From Gemmatimonadota bacterium (GTDB lineage Bacteria > Gemmatimonadota > Gemmatimonadetes > Gemmatimonadales > GWC2-71-9), in assembly GCA_039586365.1 (NCBI GenBank), contig JBDHKN010000003.1:1-64000 (forward strand): a stretch of 64,000 bases of DNA, in the 5' to 3' direction. Positions 38,811-49,157 of this stretch are shown in pieces. Position numbers and translations under genes: made by a program. Below the pieces are notes generated by a model. The model made no database searches and was not told the DNA's origin. It saw only the letters and a list, made by a program, of their open reading frames with translations. How positions within the stretch are numbered: position 1 is the stretch's first letter; every line of letters starts with the position of its first letter.

Positions 38811-40070
38811 CTACGGTTTGATGAGTTCGTACAAGCGCACCTGCTCCACGTCAAACTCGTCTTGCCATACTCCGAGCACGAAGTCGGACCCGATTTGGTG
38901 AACGGTGAAGTCTGGCGGCAGATCGACGCTGCCTAGCAGCCGGTGGCTGTTGTCAAACACGCTCCACTTGGGATCTGCCTCGCCCAATGGGAGGTACTCC
39001 TCCACCCACAGGTTTCCGTCTGCGTCGACGACAATGTCGCCATGTGCGGGCATTGACTCGGGGTACGGTAGACCTCTCAGTTGCTGCAGCCGGTCCCGTC
39101 GCTCAGTCTCGTCAACGATGTCTGCCAGGGTTGTTTCCTGATATCTCGCAATGTCAGCCGCAGTCACCGAGCGATTGGGTCGTGTTCTCCGCACACTCGC
39201 ACTGAGGACTCCGTCACTATCGAAGTAGGACACTTCGTAGCTATCCTGCGAGCTGGTGTAGTAGCCAGCTGGAGCGACCGCGAATACGGCGGTTCGGCCA
39301 AACGGAAGTTGCTGGAACGCTGCAGCGACGACTTCACCGGACGTGCGAAGTTGCAGCGTACCTTCCGCGCCAGCGAAGGAGCCCAACGAGTCGATTACCT
39401 CTCCGTTGCTCGTGATCCGAAACGCACTGTCCATGAACCGGAGAGTGCCCTCTTCCATGTCATCGCCGCTCCGCAACTGATATCGCAGGCGTTCGCGGAT
39501 GTTGCTCTCAGTCATGAGCAAGGAGCCATCCGAAAATGCTCCCTGCAAATCACCATGCGGTCTCTCGAGGACTGCCGAGCGAGAGAGGACACCGTGGCGG
39601 TCGAAAACTGAGAGGCTTCGATTTCGCGGGTCAAAAGCGATGATGGAATCCGTGCCATATTGGATAATGTGGTCCAAGTTCCTGAACTCACTGGGCCCTC
39701 CGCCTTGTCCGCCAACTGTTCTCAGATGAGCCCCGTCGGCCGCGTACCACCTCAGTTCCTGCGTGCCGGTGTTGGCCAAGATGACAGATCCGTCGTCGAG
39801 TCTGAGGCAACTGGAGACGCGGTAGAGCTGGTACTGGGGATCTCCGTCGGACACACCGATCGAGACTTGCGGCTGCGGAGGCAGCTGCCAGGCCGACTCC
39901 TCGTCCCAGAGCTGCGCCGCGTTCTCGACGATGATAACGCCCGAGCTGTCGCGGAGGGCTGCCGAGCGATCGAGCGTTGGTTCGGCGCAGCCCGCCAGCG
40001 CGACGACGAATAGCGGCAGTGGACCCAGGTTTGGACCAGCCAGCCGCGAAAGTGGAGCAGGAAATGACAT
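38811..40070 (-). CDS. 6-bladed beta-propeller lipoprotein
   Basis: Lipobox LAGC, RDSSGVIIVEN, GGQGGGPSEF, DADGNLWVEEY, DFVLGVW.DE.DVEQVRLY. Confidence 0.85.
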   Translation of the reverse strand: MSFPAPLSRLAGPNLGPLPLFVVALAGCAEPTLDRSAALRDSSGVIIVENAAQLWDEESAWQLPPQPQVSIGVSDGDPQYQLYRVSSCLRLDDGSVILANTGTQELRWYAADGAHLRTVGGQGGGPSEFRNLDHIIQYGTDSIIAFDPRNRSLSVFDRHGVLSRSAVLERPHGDLQGAFSDGSLLMTESNIRERLRYQLRSGDDMEEGTLRFMDSAFRITSNGEVIDSLGSFAGAEGTLQLRTSGEVVAAAFQQLPFGRTAVFAVAPAGYYTSSQDSYEVSYFDSDGVLSASVRRTRPNRSVTAADIARYQETTLADIVDETERRDRLQQLRGLPYPESMPAHGDIVVDADGNLWVEEYLPLGEADPKWSVFDNSHRLLGSVDLPPDFTVHQIGSDFVLGVWQDEFDVEQVRLYELIKP

Positions 40071-40447
40071 GGTGATGTCTTTAGCAATACGGTGTCGTCA
40101 AGATGTACCGGACATGATCAGATAATAATACCGAGTTTTCCAGCAACAGGTTCATGAGGTCGGTGAGTGGAGTGGGATCCATTTCGACGTCCATCAAGGA
40201 TGAAGTATCCCGTCCGTCGTCCAACTGCTCCGGCAGTTGGTACACCCACTCGTTGTTAGATTCAAAGCTGCAATAACTTGCGGTGACGAATGGCACAGTT
40301 ACAGGCAGCGCTCTAACATACGGTGGCATTATCATGACTGCATCCACCTCGGAGTGAGCTGATGACCCACATGATACGCAGGCTAGACGGTCCTTCTCTA
40401 CCAACAGATGTCACGTTTCTAATACGATGCTCCACAAGGTCACTAAC

Positions 40448-41113
40448 ATGAAGGTCATCATATTCGGAGCTAGCGGAATGGTGGGACAGGGAGTCTTGAA
40501 GGAATGTATCGACGATGCCGATGTGACATCCATCTTGGTAGTAGGGCGAAGCTCATGCACGGTCGAGCACGACAAGCTGCGCGAGGTCATCCACGACGAC
40601 TTCTTTGACTACTCACGCATAGATGACGAGCTCACCGGTCACGACGTCTGCTTCTTCTGCTTGGGCGTCTCCGCCGCAGGGATGGGCGAGGAACAATACC
40701 ATCGTTTGACCTATGAACTCACGGTCCGTACCGCTGAGACACTGGTGGAGCTGAATCCGAACATGACCTTCTGCTATGTGTCCGGTGCCGGTACAGACAG
40801 CACGGAGAGTGGCCGCAGCATATGGGCCCGGGTCAAAGGCAAGACCGAGAACCGCTTGATGCGGTTGCCGTTCAAGGCCGTGTACCTGCTTCGGCCGGGC
40901 TACATTCAGCCGCTCAAAGGAATCAGGTCCAAGACACGGATCTACCGGGTCGTCTATACGCTGTTGGGGCCGCTCTACCCCCTGCTGAAGACACTATTCC
41001 CGAAATACGTGACGACGACCGAGAAACTTGGCCGCGCCATGATACACGTGGCGAGCGGCGGATATCCCCGGAACGTGCTGGAGAATCGGGACATCAACGC
41101 GATGGCCGTGTAG
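40448..41113 (+). CDS. NAD(P)-binding epimerase/dehydratase-like (atypical SDR) protein
   Basis: KVIIFGASGMVGQG, CFFCLGVS, YVSGAG, WARVKGKTEN, LRPGYIQP. Confidence 0.9.
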   Translation: MKVIIFGASGMVGQGVLKECIDDADVTSILVVGRSSCTVEHDKLREVIHDDFFDYSRIDDELTGHDVCFFCLGVSAAGMGEEQYHRLTYELTVRTAETLVELNPNMTFCYVSGAGTDSTESGRSIWARVKGKTENRLMRLPFKAVYLLRPGYIQPLKGIRSKTRIYRVVYTLLGPLYPLLKTLFPKYVTTTEKLGRAMIHVASGGYPRNVLENRDINAMAV

Positions 41114-41186
41114 CGGAAGCAGTCATGCATGAAGAGATCTGTGAGCCTGCGGAGTAATGTTCCCTAACCTACGGAGGTCGATCTCC

Positions 41187-42107
41187 ATGAAGCGAATGTT
41201 GTTCTTCATTGTTGTTGCGTCGGTGTCATGTCGAGCGACCGATCAGTCGGAAGACCGCATGCCAGAATTGTCTGGTGAGTATCTGGGGCAGACCGCGCCA
41301 GGCATGACTTCCCAGTTGTTCGCGCCGAGGTTTGTCTCAACTGAATATGGGGAACTGAATTCTGTTTTCTCGCAGAGTGGGCAAGAGTTCTACTTCTCAC
41401 GGCGCGGAATTCCGGGAAGACCATCCACCATTATGGTCACCAGCCAGAGCGGTGGGTCTTGGTCGCCGCCTGAAGTTGTCGACTTTGATGATCGCTATAG
41501 CGCCATCGATCTGTTCATCACGGCCGACGGGCAACGGATGATATTCTGCTCCAACCGGCCACGGGAGCGAGGCGGAGCCGTCCGGCAAGATCACGACTTC
41601 TGGATCTCGCAGAGGGCCGGTGACGGTTGGGGAGAACCTCAACTCTTTGCCGCCGCCGCACTCTCTGATTTTGAGGAGTATTACCCTATCGTTACAAAGA
41701 ACGGCAATCTCTACTTCAACTCCCAACGCGAAGGTATCGGTACCAACAACATCTATCGATCCTCGCTGGTTGACGGGCGATATAGACCGGCTGAGAAGCT
41801 GCCCGAGCCGGTCAACTCGCAGTACAGGGAATTCGATGCCTATGTCTCACCCGAAGAGGACGTGATCATCTTCTCGTCGGAGAGGCCCGGAGGCATCGGT
41901 GGGTCAGATATCTATGTCAGTTTTCAGGCTGAGGACGGAGCTTGGTCTGAGCCCCTGAATCTGGGTGTAGAGGTCAACTCATCGGGTTCGGAGTTCGGCG
42001 CAATGCCTTCTCCCGATAGCCGTTATTTCTTCTTCACGAGCACCAGGGGTGGGAATGAGAACATCTACTGGATTGCGGCGGAGGTGATCAGCTCGTTGAA
42101 AAGGTGA
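41187..42107 (+). CDS. PD40/TolB-like beta-propeller lipoprotein
   Basis: YLGQ..PG.T..LFAP, repeated F.S.R...GG.DIY, SPD.RYFFF.S. GGAGG RBS. Confidence 0.85.
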   Translation: MKRMLFFIVVASVSCRATDQSEDRMPELSGEYLGQTAPGMTSQLFAPRFVSTEYGELNSVFSQSGQEFYFSRRGIPGRPSTIMVTSQSGGSWSPPEVVDFDDRYSAIDLFITADGQRMIFCSNRPRERGGAVRQDHDFWISQRAGDGWGEPQLFAAAALSDFEEYYPIVTKNGNLYFNSQREGIGTNNIYRSSLVDGRYRPAEKLPEPVNSQYREFDAYVSPEEDVIIFSSERPGGIGGSDIYVSFQAEDGAWSEPLNLGVEVNSSGSEFGAMPSPDSRYFFFTSTRGGNENIYWIAAEVISSLKR

Positions 42108-42407
42108 GTCTACCAAGCTACAGCCGCACGTTGAGCTGGATGCCGGCTGTATCCATCCCTGCGCTGCGGGTACTGTGCTTGCCGCTGGGGGCAACTCCTA
42201 CCTCCACACACCCAAGTAGTGACACTGTTCTGCCGAGCTAGCAGCCGGCTGACACCGACGATAAGGGTCCTCGTCGCCTGTCTGGTCGAGCACAGGATAG
42301 TGCCTGGCCTCGCCAACTGCCGACCCATAGCTTTGTCACGAGACGCGAGGAGGGCTCGCGCTGGCGCATTGAGGATAACTGATGCTGTCAAAGGGAGCGG
42401 TCTAGCG

Positions 42408-43811
42408 ATGACGATGATCATCTGTTCAGCCACTCTGGTCACAATATTGGCGTCAGGCTTTCTGCCGCCGCCAATGCTGGCCGTAACCCGGTCGGTTCAT
42501 CTCCAAGGTATCCAAGATCAGCAAGCGTTGTTCGCTGACATCGATCGGAACCGAGCGCGCCACCTGGATTTCCTGCAGAGTCTCATACGGGCCTCGGTGG
42601 ATGGTGAGGAAGCGGTTCAGACTCTGGTCGCCGAGCGATTCGAGCAACTTGGACTCGAGGTTCAAACCCTCAGCTTACTGCCGACCCGTTTGAACCTCGA
42701 TCTCGAGTTCGCCGCCGAGGAAACCATCGACATGGTGAAACGGATTAGTGTGCTTGGTCGGCTCGAGGGCGACGGCATGGGTAAGAGCCTCTTGTTCTTT
42801 GCACACCCTGACGGTGAGCCGATAACTGACGAGTCAACGCGGGATTGGAAACACGATCCGTTTGCGGCGGAGATTGACGACGGTCGTATCTATGGTTGGG
42901 GTGTGGCCGATGATTTGGCCGGTGTCGCTATCATGGCGGAAGCTTTGAGCGCTGTCCTGGAAACGGTGGGTCGGCCGCAGGGGAACATCTATCTCGGAAG
43001 TACACCGGCCAAGCGAAACGCCCGCGGCATCCTCGCATTGTTGAATGAAGGTCTCCAGGCAGACGCCTCAGTGTACCTCCATCCCGCCGAGTCTGAGCAA
43101 GGACTGAAGGACATCAAGGCGATCACCTCAGGCATGCTGCAGCTCCGGATCACAGTGTTTGGTGCGCCGCCCGACACGAAGGAGCCCGGGCAAACCGCGT
43201 TTGCACACATGGCGACCAATGCGGTCCACATGGCAAATGCAGTAGTAGAATCGCTGCTGCGTCTCGACGAAGAACGCGCTCGCAGAGTGCACCATGCAGC
43301 GCTCGAGCGTGCGGTTGGACGTTCGACCAATTTGCTGGTAAGCCATATTGCGTGTGGTGAAGGCAACAGGCTGACGCGGGTTCCGACCGAATGCGTGATT
43401 GGTGCTTCAGTTACGTTTCCTCCAAATGAAGATCTCGCCGACGTTCAAGACGACCTGATGACAGCTTTGTCTGAAGTCTCCCATACTGATACTTGGCCGA
43501 CCGGGCAATCGCCCTCGGTCGAGTGGCTCTTCGGGACCCAGGGAGTGGAAGTGCCGCCTGAGCACCCACTGTACGAGACTGTACACGCTGCCGTACAGCT
43601 TGTCACCGGGCAAGAACCAGAAGTAAACCCCCTGCACTCAGCCAGCGATATCAGAAACCCGACTCTGTTTCGAGGCATACCCACCGTCGGCATAGGCCCT
43701 TTGGCGGGTGATTTGACACAGGCCGGTGGACACGACGAGTGGGTGGACGTCGAGGACTACATTCGAGCGATCAAGATCTGCGCCAAGATCATTGCTGACT
43801 GGAGCGGGTAA
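42408..43811 (+). CDS. M20/ArgE-like metallohydrolase family protein
   Basis: AHPD, W.HDPF.AEI.DGRIYG.G.ADD..G, GIPTVGIGP, DEWV. Start uncertain. Confidence 0.82.
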   Translation: MTMIICSATLVTILASGFLPPPMLAVTRSVHLQGIQDQQALFADIDRNRARHLDFLQSLIRASVDGEEAVQTLVAERFEQLGLEVQTLSLLPTRLNLDLEFAAEETIDMVKRISVLGRLEGDGMGKSLLFFAHPDGEPITDESTRDWKHDPFAAEIDDGRIYGWGVADDLAGVAIMAEALSAVLETVGRPQGNIYLGSTPAKRNARGILALLNEGLQADASVYLHPAESEQGLKDIKAITSGMLQLRITVFGAPPDTKEPGQTAFAHMATNAVHMANAVVESLLRLDEERARRVHHAALERAVGRSTNLLVSHIACGEGNRLTRVPTECVIGASVTFPPNEDLADVQDDLMTALSEVSHTDTWPTGQSPSVEWLFGTQGVEVPPEHPLYETVHAAVQLVTGQEPEVNPLHSASDIRNPTLFRGIPTVGIGPLAGDLTQAGGHDEWVDVEDYIRAIKICAKIIADWSG

Positions 43812-43865
43812 CTGATCCTCTCCAACGACTCGTCGTGGCGACAAGAGCCACTGACCGGATCATCC

Positions 43866-44387
43866 ATGGCTGATCTGTCAACAGAGACCAGCGGGCGACT
43901 GACAGTCGTTCCTGTGGGGCGGACTGAAGCAATGCTGTGTTGGATCCGCCGGTCGGTTGAGATCGCAGTTGTGGCCCTCTTCGCAGCGTTGACAGTTGCG
44001 GTCTTCTTCCAGGTGGTCGCGCGTTATGTGTTCAACCGACCGCCTGCATGGACCGAAGAGCTGGCCCGGTATTGTCAGGTCTGGCTCGTACTACTGTCTT
44101 CCTCACTCTGCATCCGCAAGGGCAGCCATTTGGCTGTCGACTACCTGGGGCCCACACTCAAGTCTTCGGCACGGAAGGCCTTGGCCATCGGGATTGGGGT
44201 GCTGATTGCGGTCTATGCAGCGGTCGTATCGATCTGGGGAATCCGTCTGATGGTAGTGGGATTCTACCAGGTTTCGCCTGCCATGCAGGTCAATATGGGA
44301 GTTGTCTATGCCGTCTTCCCGTTAGCCGGGGGATTGATGGTGATGGAGGCACTGCTGGTCACACTGCGACGGCTGCGGGGAGGTTAG
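43866..44387 (+). CDS. dctQ: TRAP transporter small permease
   Basis: QVVARYVF..P..WTEELARY, HLAVD, SPAM. Confidence 0.9.
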   Translation: MADLSTETSGRLTVVPVGRTEAMLCWIRRSVEIAVVALFAALTVAVFFQVVARYVFNRPPAWTEELARYCQVWLVLLSSSLCIRKGSHLAVDYLGPTLKSSARKALAIGIGVLIAVYAAVVSIWGIRLMVVGFYQVSPAMQVNMGVVYAVFPLAGGLMVMEALLVTLRRLRGG

Positions 44388-44392
44388 GAAGA

Positions 44393-45673
44393 GTGATCGG
44401 GTTGGTCCTGGTTCTCCTCGGATTGATCCTGGTCGGCGTCCCGGTGGCGTTTGCACTCGGCTTGGGTGCCCTATTTGCGTTGCTGGCGGAACCCGCCCTG
44501 CCGCTGGCTTTGGTACCCCAGCGGATGTTCACCGCGCTCGATTCCTGGCCGATCATGGCAGTGCCGCTGTTCATGCTGGCGGGTGGATTGATGGACAAGG
44601 GCGGGATGTCGCGTCGGATTGTGGATTTCGCCTCTGCCTGCCTGTGTTTTGTGCGCGGCAGCCTAGGGATGGTGATGGTGTTCGCGAGCATGGTCTTCGC
44701 TGGCATCTCGGGTTCCTCCACCGCCGACACTGCGGCGGTCGGCTCGATCCTGTTGCCCGCCATGCGTCGTCGGGGATACGACATGCGTTTCGCTGCCGCG
44801 CTGCAGGCGGCCGCTGGCGCCATCGGTCCTGTAATACCGCCTAGCATACTGATGATTCTGATCGGTTACGTGACCGGGACTTCAGTGGCCCAACTGTTTC
44901 TGGCTGGAGTTGTCCCGGGTGTAATGATCGGTGTTTGCCTCATGGTCGTGGCCTATCGACAGGCCCTGCGGGAAGGCCCCGCCGGCGATGCTCCAACTCC
45001 GCTCAACTGGCGAGAGATCTCGCGCACCGGGCGCCAGGCTCTTCCCGCGCTGGGTCTTCCGGTGTTGATCGTGTGCGGAATTCTCGGTGGCATCTTCACT
45101 GCCACCGAGGCCGCGGCCGCGGCCGTGGCCTATGGCCTGGTGGTTGGACGGTTCGTCTATGCTGAAATCACGTGGGGGGATCTCCGGGCAATTGCACTCG
45201 ACGCGGCCGAGAAGTCCTGCGTCGTGCTCTTCATCGCGGCGACCGCAATGCTATTCGCCTGGTTGGTCGCCGTCCATCAACTGCCTCAGGCGCTAGGGGA
45301 GGCGCTCCGGACCCACATCGGGAGCCGCACGTTGTTCCTGATCTTTCTGAACCTGGCGTTGCTGTTGATCGGGATGTTCTTGGAGAGCTTCTCAGCCGTG
45401 ATCGTGTTCATGCCGATTCTCTTCCCTGTAGCCCAGGGTTTCGGGATTGAGCCGCTGCATTTTGGGATCATGGCAACAGTCAACCTGGCGATCGGGTATA
45501 TCACGCCGCCGTATGGCGCCACGCTGTTTGTGGCCTGCGGTATTTCAGGACAGAATGTGCGAGCCGTCAGCTCAAGAGTAGTCCCAATCTTGATAGCTAT
45601 GCTGCTGGTGCTGCTCGTAGTCACCTACTGGCCGGAGAGTGTACTCTGGCTACCACGCTTGGCCAGGCCCTAG
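44393..45673 (+). CDS. dctM: TRAP transporter large permease
   Basis: AVPLFMLAG.LM, FAGISGSS.AD, IPPSI, FTATEAA, ITPPYG. Confidence 0.93.
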   Translation: MIGLVLVLLGLILVGVPVAFALGLGALFALLAEPALPLALVPQRMFTALDSWPIMAVPLFMLAGGLMDKGGMSRRIVDFASACLCFVRGSLGMVMVFASMVFAGISGSSTADTAAVGSILLPAMRRRGYDMRFAAALQAAAGAIGPVIPPSILMILIGYVTGTSVAQLFLAGVVPGVMIGVCLMVVAYRQALREGPAGDAPTPLNWREISRTGRQALPALGLPVLIVCGILGGIFTATEAAAAAVAYGLVVGRFVYAEITWGDLRAIALDAAEKSCVVLFIAATAMLFAWLVAVHQLPQALGEALRTHIGSRTLFLIFLNLALLLIGMFLESFSAVIVFMPILFPVAQGFGIEPLHFGIMATVNLAIGYITPPYGATLFVACGISGQNVRAVSSRVVPILIAMLLVLLVVTYWPESVLWLPRLARP

Positions 45674-45682
45674 CCCGCAAAT

Positions 45683-46672
45683 ATGCTGGTGAGGAAAGGG
45701 ACGCTCTGCCCGTTACTTGTTCTGTTTCTCTTGGGATGCAGATCCGGTGAACAGACAGTGATCAAGGCCGCACTCAGCCAGAATCCTGGGGAGCCCCAGG
45801 TACGGGCTGTGGAGTCGTTCAAACGGATGGTGGAGGAGCGGACAGCGGGCCATATCAGCGTGCGGATCTACCCTAACAATCAGCTTGGCAACCAACGGGA
45901 TGTGGTCGAGGGCCTGCAGCTGGGCAGCATCGAGTTGAGCAATATTGCCAGTGTCATGGCCAGCTTCGTCCCGGAGGTCAATCTGTTCGAGTTGCCGTTT
46001 CTGTTCGACGGTCCAGAGCATTTCGACGCGGTGCTCGACTCTCCGATCGGGGAGAGCCTGCGGTCAGCCTTCGAGCGAAGGGGTCTGTATCTGCTGGGCT
46101 ACTTCGATGCAGGCGAACGTCATATCATGACGACCACCCGTGCGGTCCGGAGCTTGGCGGATGTGAGAGGGCTCAAGATCCGCACCATGGAGAATCCGGT
46201 GCACCTGGCGACCTTTCGCGCCTTCGGTGCCAACCCCCTGCCCATGGCATATGGAGAGCTGTACACCGCGCTGGAGCAGGGGGTGATCGACGGAGCGGAG
46301 GCTGCCGACCCCAACTATTTCGCCAAGCGGTTCTACGAACCGGCCCCCCACTGGGCCCGCGTGGGTTGGATCCGGTTGATCGAATACGTGGTTATGAGCC
46401 GCTCGTTCTATCTGAGCCTGGCCCCGGAGGATCGTCACATTGTCGATAGCGCCGCCCGCACCATGATCCTCCAGCAAAGAGCCTGGTACCGAGAGGAAGC
46501 CGATTCAGCGCTGGGACGGCTGCGGGAAGCGGGTGTACGGATCACTTTTCCTGAGCGGGGACCCTTCCGAGAAGCTGCCCGACGTGTACATGACGAGTGG
46601 GCTGATCGGGTAGGTGGGATGGACAGAATCCAAGAGATCCTTAATAAACGGGACGCGGTCGTGGCCCGGTGA
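45683..46672 (+). CDS. dctP: TRAP transporter substrate-binding lipoprotein
   Basis: YPNNQLG...VVEGLQLG, FELPFLF, GLKIRT, PMAYGELYTALEQGVIDG.E. Confidence 0.93.
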   Translation: MLVRKGTLCPLLVLFLLGCRSGEQTVIKAALSQNPGEPQVRAVESFKRMVEERTAGHISVRIYPNNQLGNQRDVVEGLQLGSIELSNIASVMASFVPEVNLFELPFLFDGPEHFDAVLDSPIGESLRSAFERRGLYLLGYFDAGERHIMTTTRAVRSLADVRGLKIRTMENPVHLATFRAFGANPLPMAYGELYTALEQGVIDGAEAADPNYFAKRFYEPAPHWARVGWIRLIEYVVMSRSFYLSLAPEDRHIVDSAARTMILQQRAWYREEADSALGRLREAGVRITFPERGPFREAARRVHDEWADRVGGMDRIQEILNKRDAVVAR

Positions 46673-46696
46673 TACGAGAGGACAAGAGGACCTAGT

Positions 46697-47695
46697 ATGG
46701 AAAGTCGACTTCTAGGGCGCACCGGTGTCAGAGTCTCGGCCCTGGCTCTGGGTACCGCCAATTTCGCCGATCCCACTCCCGAAGCAGAGGCGATCAGGAT
46801 TGTGGAACGGGCGATCGACGCTGGCATCAATCTGATCGACACGGGTGACTCCTATGCCTCCGGGGAGAGCGAGTGCTACATTGGACGCGCGCTCAGGCGA
46901 AACGGCCTGAGGAATCGGGTGCTGGTGGCAACCAAGGTGCACTATCCAGTGGGTCCTGGTCCTAACGATCGCGGCAACTCCCGCCTACACATCTTGCGAG
47001 CCTGTGAAGATTCGCTGCGGCGGCTGCAAACCGATCACATCGACATCTACCAGGTCCACCGCCCCGACCCGGATACCGATCCTGAGGAGACGCTCGCTGC
47101 CCTGAACGATCTGGTCCGGTGGGGGCGTGTGCGTTACGTGGCCTGCTCCACCCACCCGGCCTGGCAGGTTATGGAGGCACTGGCGATCAGTGAACGCCGG
47201 GGTTATGCCCGCTATTGCCTGGAGCAACCGCCATACAACCTGCTCGACCGGCGCATAGAGAACGAGTTGGTGCCGCTCTGTCTCCAGCATGACCTAGGGA
47301 TCACCCCCTGGGCGCCGACAGCCCACGGTATGCTATCGGGCCGCTACAGTTCGGCGGCAGACTATCCGAACGGATCACGTGCGTCTCACCGCGGCGGGAT
47401 ATACGCCGAGCGGATTTGCGCCCGCGGGATCGAGACGGGCAACCGTTTCGTAGCGCTGGCCGGCGAAGCAGGAATCCGGCCCACTCAGCTCGCAGTTCTG
47501 TGGGTCAAGGATCAGCCGGGCATGACGGCTCCCATCATCGGGCCCCGCACTGTCGCTCAGCTGGAAGACCTGCTGCCTGTGGGTGACATGCGGTTGGATG
47601 ACGATGTTCGCCAAGTCTGTGACCAGCTGGTTCCTCCCGGGAGCGCAGTCGCCGACTTCCACAACACCGCTCCTTGGATGAAAATGCAGGTGTAG
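46697..47695 (+). CDS. Aldo/keto reductase
   Basis: [57 protein letters not shown]. Confidence 0.95.
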   Translation: MESRLLGRTGVRVSALALGTANFADPTPEAEAIRIVERAIDAGINLIDTGDSYASGESECYIGRALRRNGLRNRVLVATKVHYPVGPGPNDRGNSRLHILRACEDSLRRLQTDHIDIYQVHRPDPDTDPEETLAALNDLVRWGRVRYVACSTHPAWQVMEALAISERRGYARYCLEQPPYNLLDRRIENELVPLCLQHDLGITPWAPTAHGMLSGRYSSAADYPNGSRASHRGGIYAERICARGIETGNRFVALAGEAGIRPTQLAVLWVKDQPGMTAPIIGPRTVAQLEDLLPVGDMRLDDDVRQVCDQLVPPGSAVADFHNTAPWMKMQV

Positions 47696-47825
47696 TGGTC
47701 CGTCTCTCGCTCCGATCGGCTGCTACGCGATTGAGAGTTCTCATGGTTCTGCGACTTCAGCGCTGACCAGCCGAAGCCGGCAGCAATGCGAGGTGTGGAG
47801 TTCTCGACTGGCATGCTCGTCTCGT

Positions 47826-48725
47826 TCAGGGAAGCGATTCGTTCCTCAGTTGAGCGATGAACCCAGCCTCCATCCAGTAGACGTCTCCACCAGATGAGTA
47901 AAAGAAGTAGCGGCCGTCCGGAGAGACTACCGGACAGTAGTCGGTACGTTCAGTGTTGATGGTCGAGCCGAGGTTCATCGGCGTGGACCAGGCTCCAGTG
48001 GAAAGCCGAAAGCTGATATACAAGTCGCCTTGGCCGAAGCCACCCGGCCGGTCACTGGATACGAAGATGACATAGTCCTGAGCCGGTGCGACGTACACGT
48101 CGCCTTCGGCGTACTCTGAGCTGATCGGCGGTCCGATGTTCATGGCTTCCCGGTATTCCCCGTCCTCGAGACGCGAGAAGAAGATATCTGACTCGCCAAG
48201 TGTGCCTTCTCGGATGGATTGGAAGTAGAGCGTACCGTCCGCCGCTACGGATGGATAGATCTGACGTTCCCCGGAGTTCACCGCGCCGCCTAAGGGCTGA
48301 GCCTGGCCCCAGTCGCTTCCGACCCTGTCCACCACCCATATCTGCCAGCCGGCCTCCGGCTCCTCCGAATGGAGTGGTCGCCTGGACCCAAAGAAAAGGC
48401 GGCTGCCATCGGGTGAGATGAACGGGTCGACCTCGCCGTGGCCGCTGGAGAACGACGCTGGCGCGGGTTCAGTCCAAACTCCGCCTTCCCATCTCATCAC
48501 CATTACCGTGGCACCAGCACTGTCCGCAATGGAGAAGTAGAACTCATGACCGTCGGGAGTGAAGATGGAGTTGAGTTCCCTCTGGTCGGTGGTGACGATA
48601 CCCGGCGCGAACGGCACCGGTGTCTCACCTGGAGGTTCTTGACCCAAGTAAGGTGTGAAATCTGCTGAGCCGCCGCACGCAACGGCGAACGATACCAGCC
48701 AACAGTGCCTTCTGAGTACTGTCAT
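47826..48725 (-). CDS. PD40/TolB-like beta-propeller lipoprotein (paralogue of 41187-42107)
   Basis: YLGQEPPG.TP..FAPG, FISPDG.RLFF.S.R, RPGGFG.GDLYISF, SPDGRYFFY. Confidence 0.85.
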   Translation of the reverse strand: MTVLRRHCWLVSFAVACGGSADFTPYLGQEPPGETPVPFAPGIVTTDQRELNSIFTPDGHEFYFSIADSAGATVMVMRWEGGVWTEPAPASFSSGHGEVDPFISPDGSRLFFGSRRPLHSEEPEAGWQIWVVDRVGSDWGQAQPLGGAVNSGERQIYPSVAADGTLYFQSIREGTLGESDIFFSRLEDGEYREAMNIGPPISSEYAEGDVYVAPAQDYVIFVSSDRPGGFGQGDLYISFRLSTGAWSTPMNLGSTINTERTDYCPVVSPDGRYFFYSSGGDVYWMEAGFIAQLRNESLP

Positions 48726-49157
48726 CTCTCGCCTCCCACGGATTGAGTAGCAGACCCGGTCAGCCTGAGGTTGCAGCGATACGGCGGCTGCCACCAACAG
48801 GAATGGCGTGGTTGAGAAAACAATCGTCCACCGAGTCTTTCGTCTAGTCAGGGGTAAAGTTTGGTAGTTTCACTCCTGGTGAGCCACTGCCTGGCCCACC
48901 TACTGCCCAGACCCTAACTTACCCTTGGGGTCACGGGACAGCCTGTCTGTGGCACACCTGCTGGATCGTCTCGAGCCCGTGTCTGCCGAACGCTCTTTAG
49001 TGCGGCGTCGGATTCTCAGGGCTCGCTTCATGAGGTGGAGGTCACAGCCAGCCTCCAACACCTGATACACTGCCGCCCTGCCTCTCGGGGGACCGCGAGG
49101 GGTCTGGTGCGGAGTTTCACTTACCCGGTGCTCGGCCCAATGGGAGGAGTAGACCAG

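Noticed and set aside
40081..40404. 107-aa minus-strand ORF as a real gene
   Set aside because: TTG start with no RBS, atypical composition and no motif. Kept only as part of the low-GC spacer finding.
48950..48966. Sigma-54 promoter (TGGCAC...)
   Set aside because: The -12 element reads CTGG rather than TTGC.
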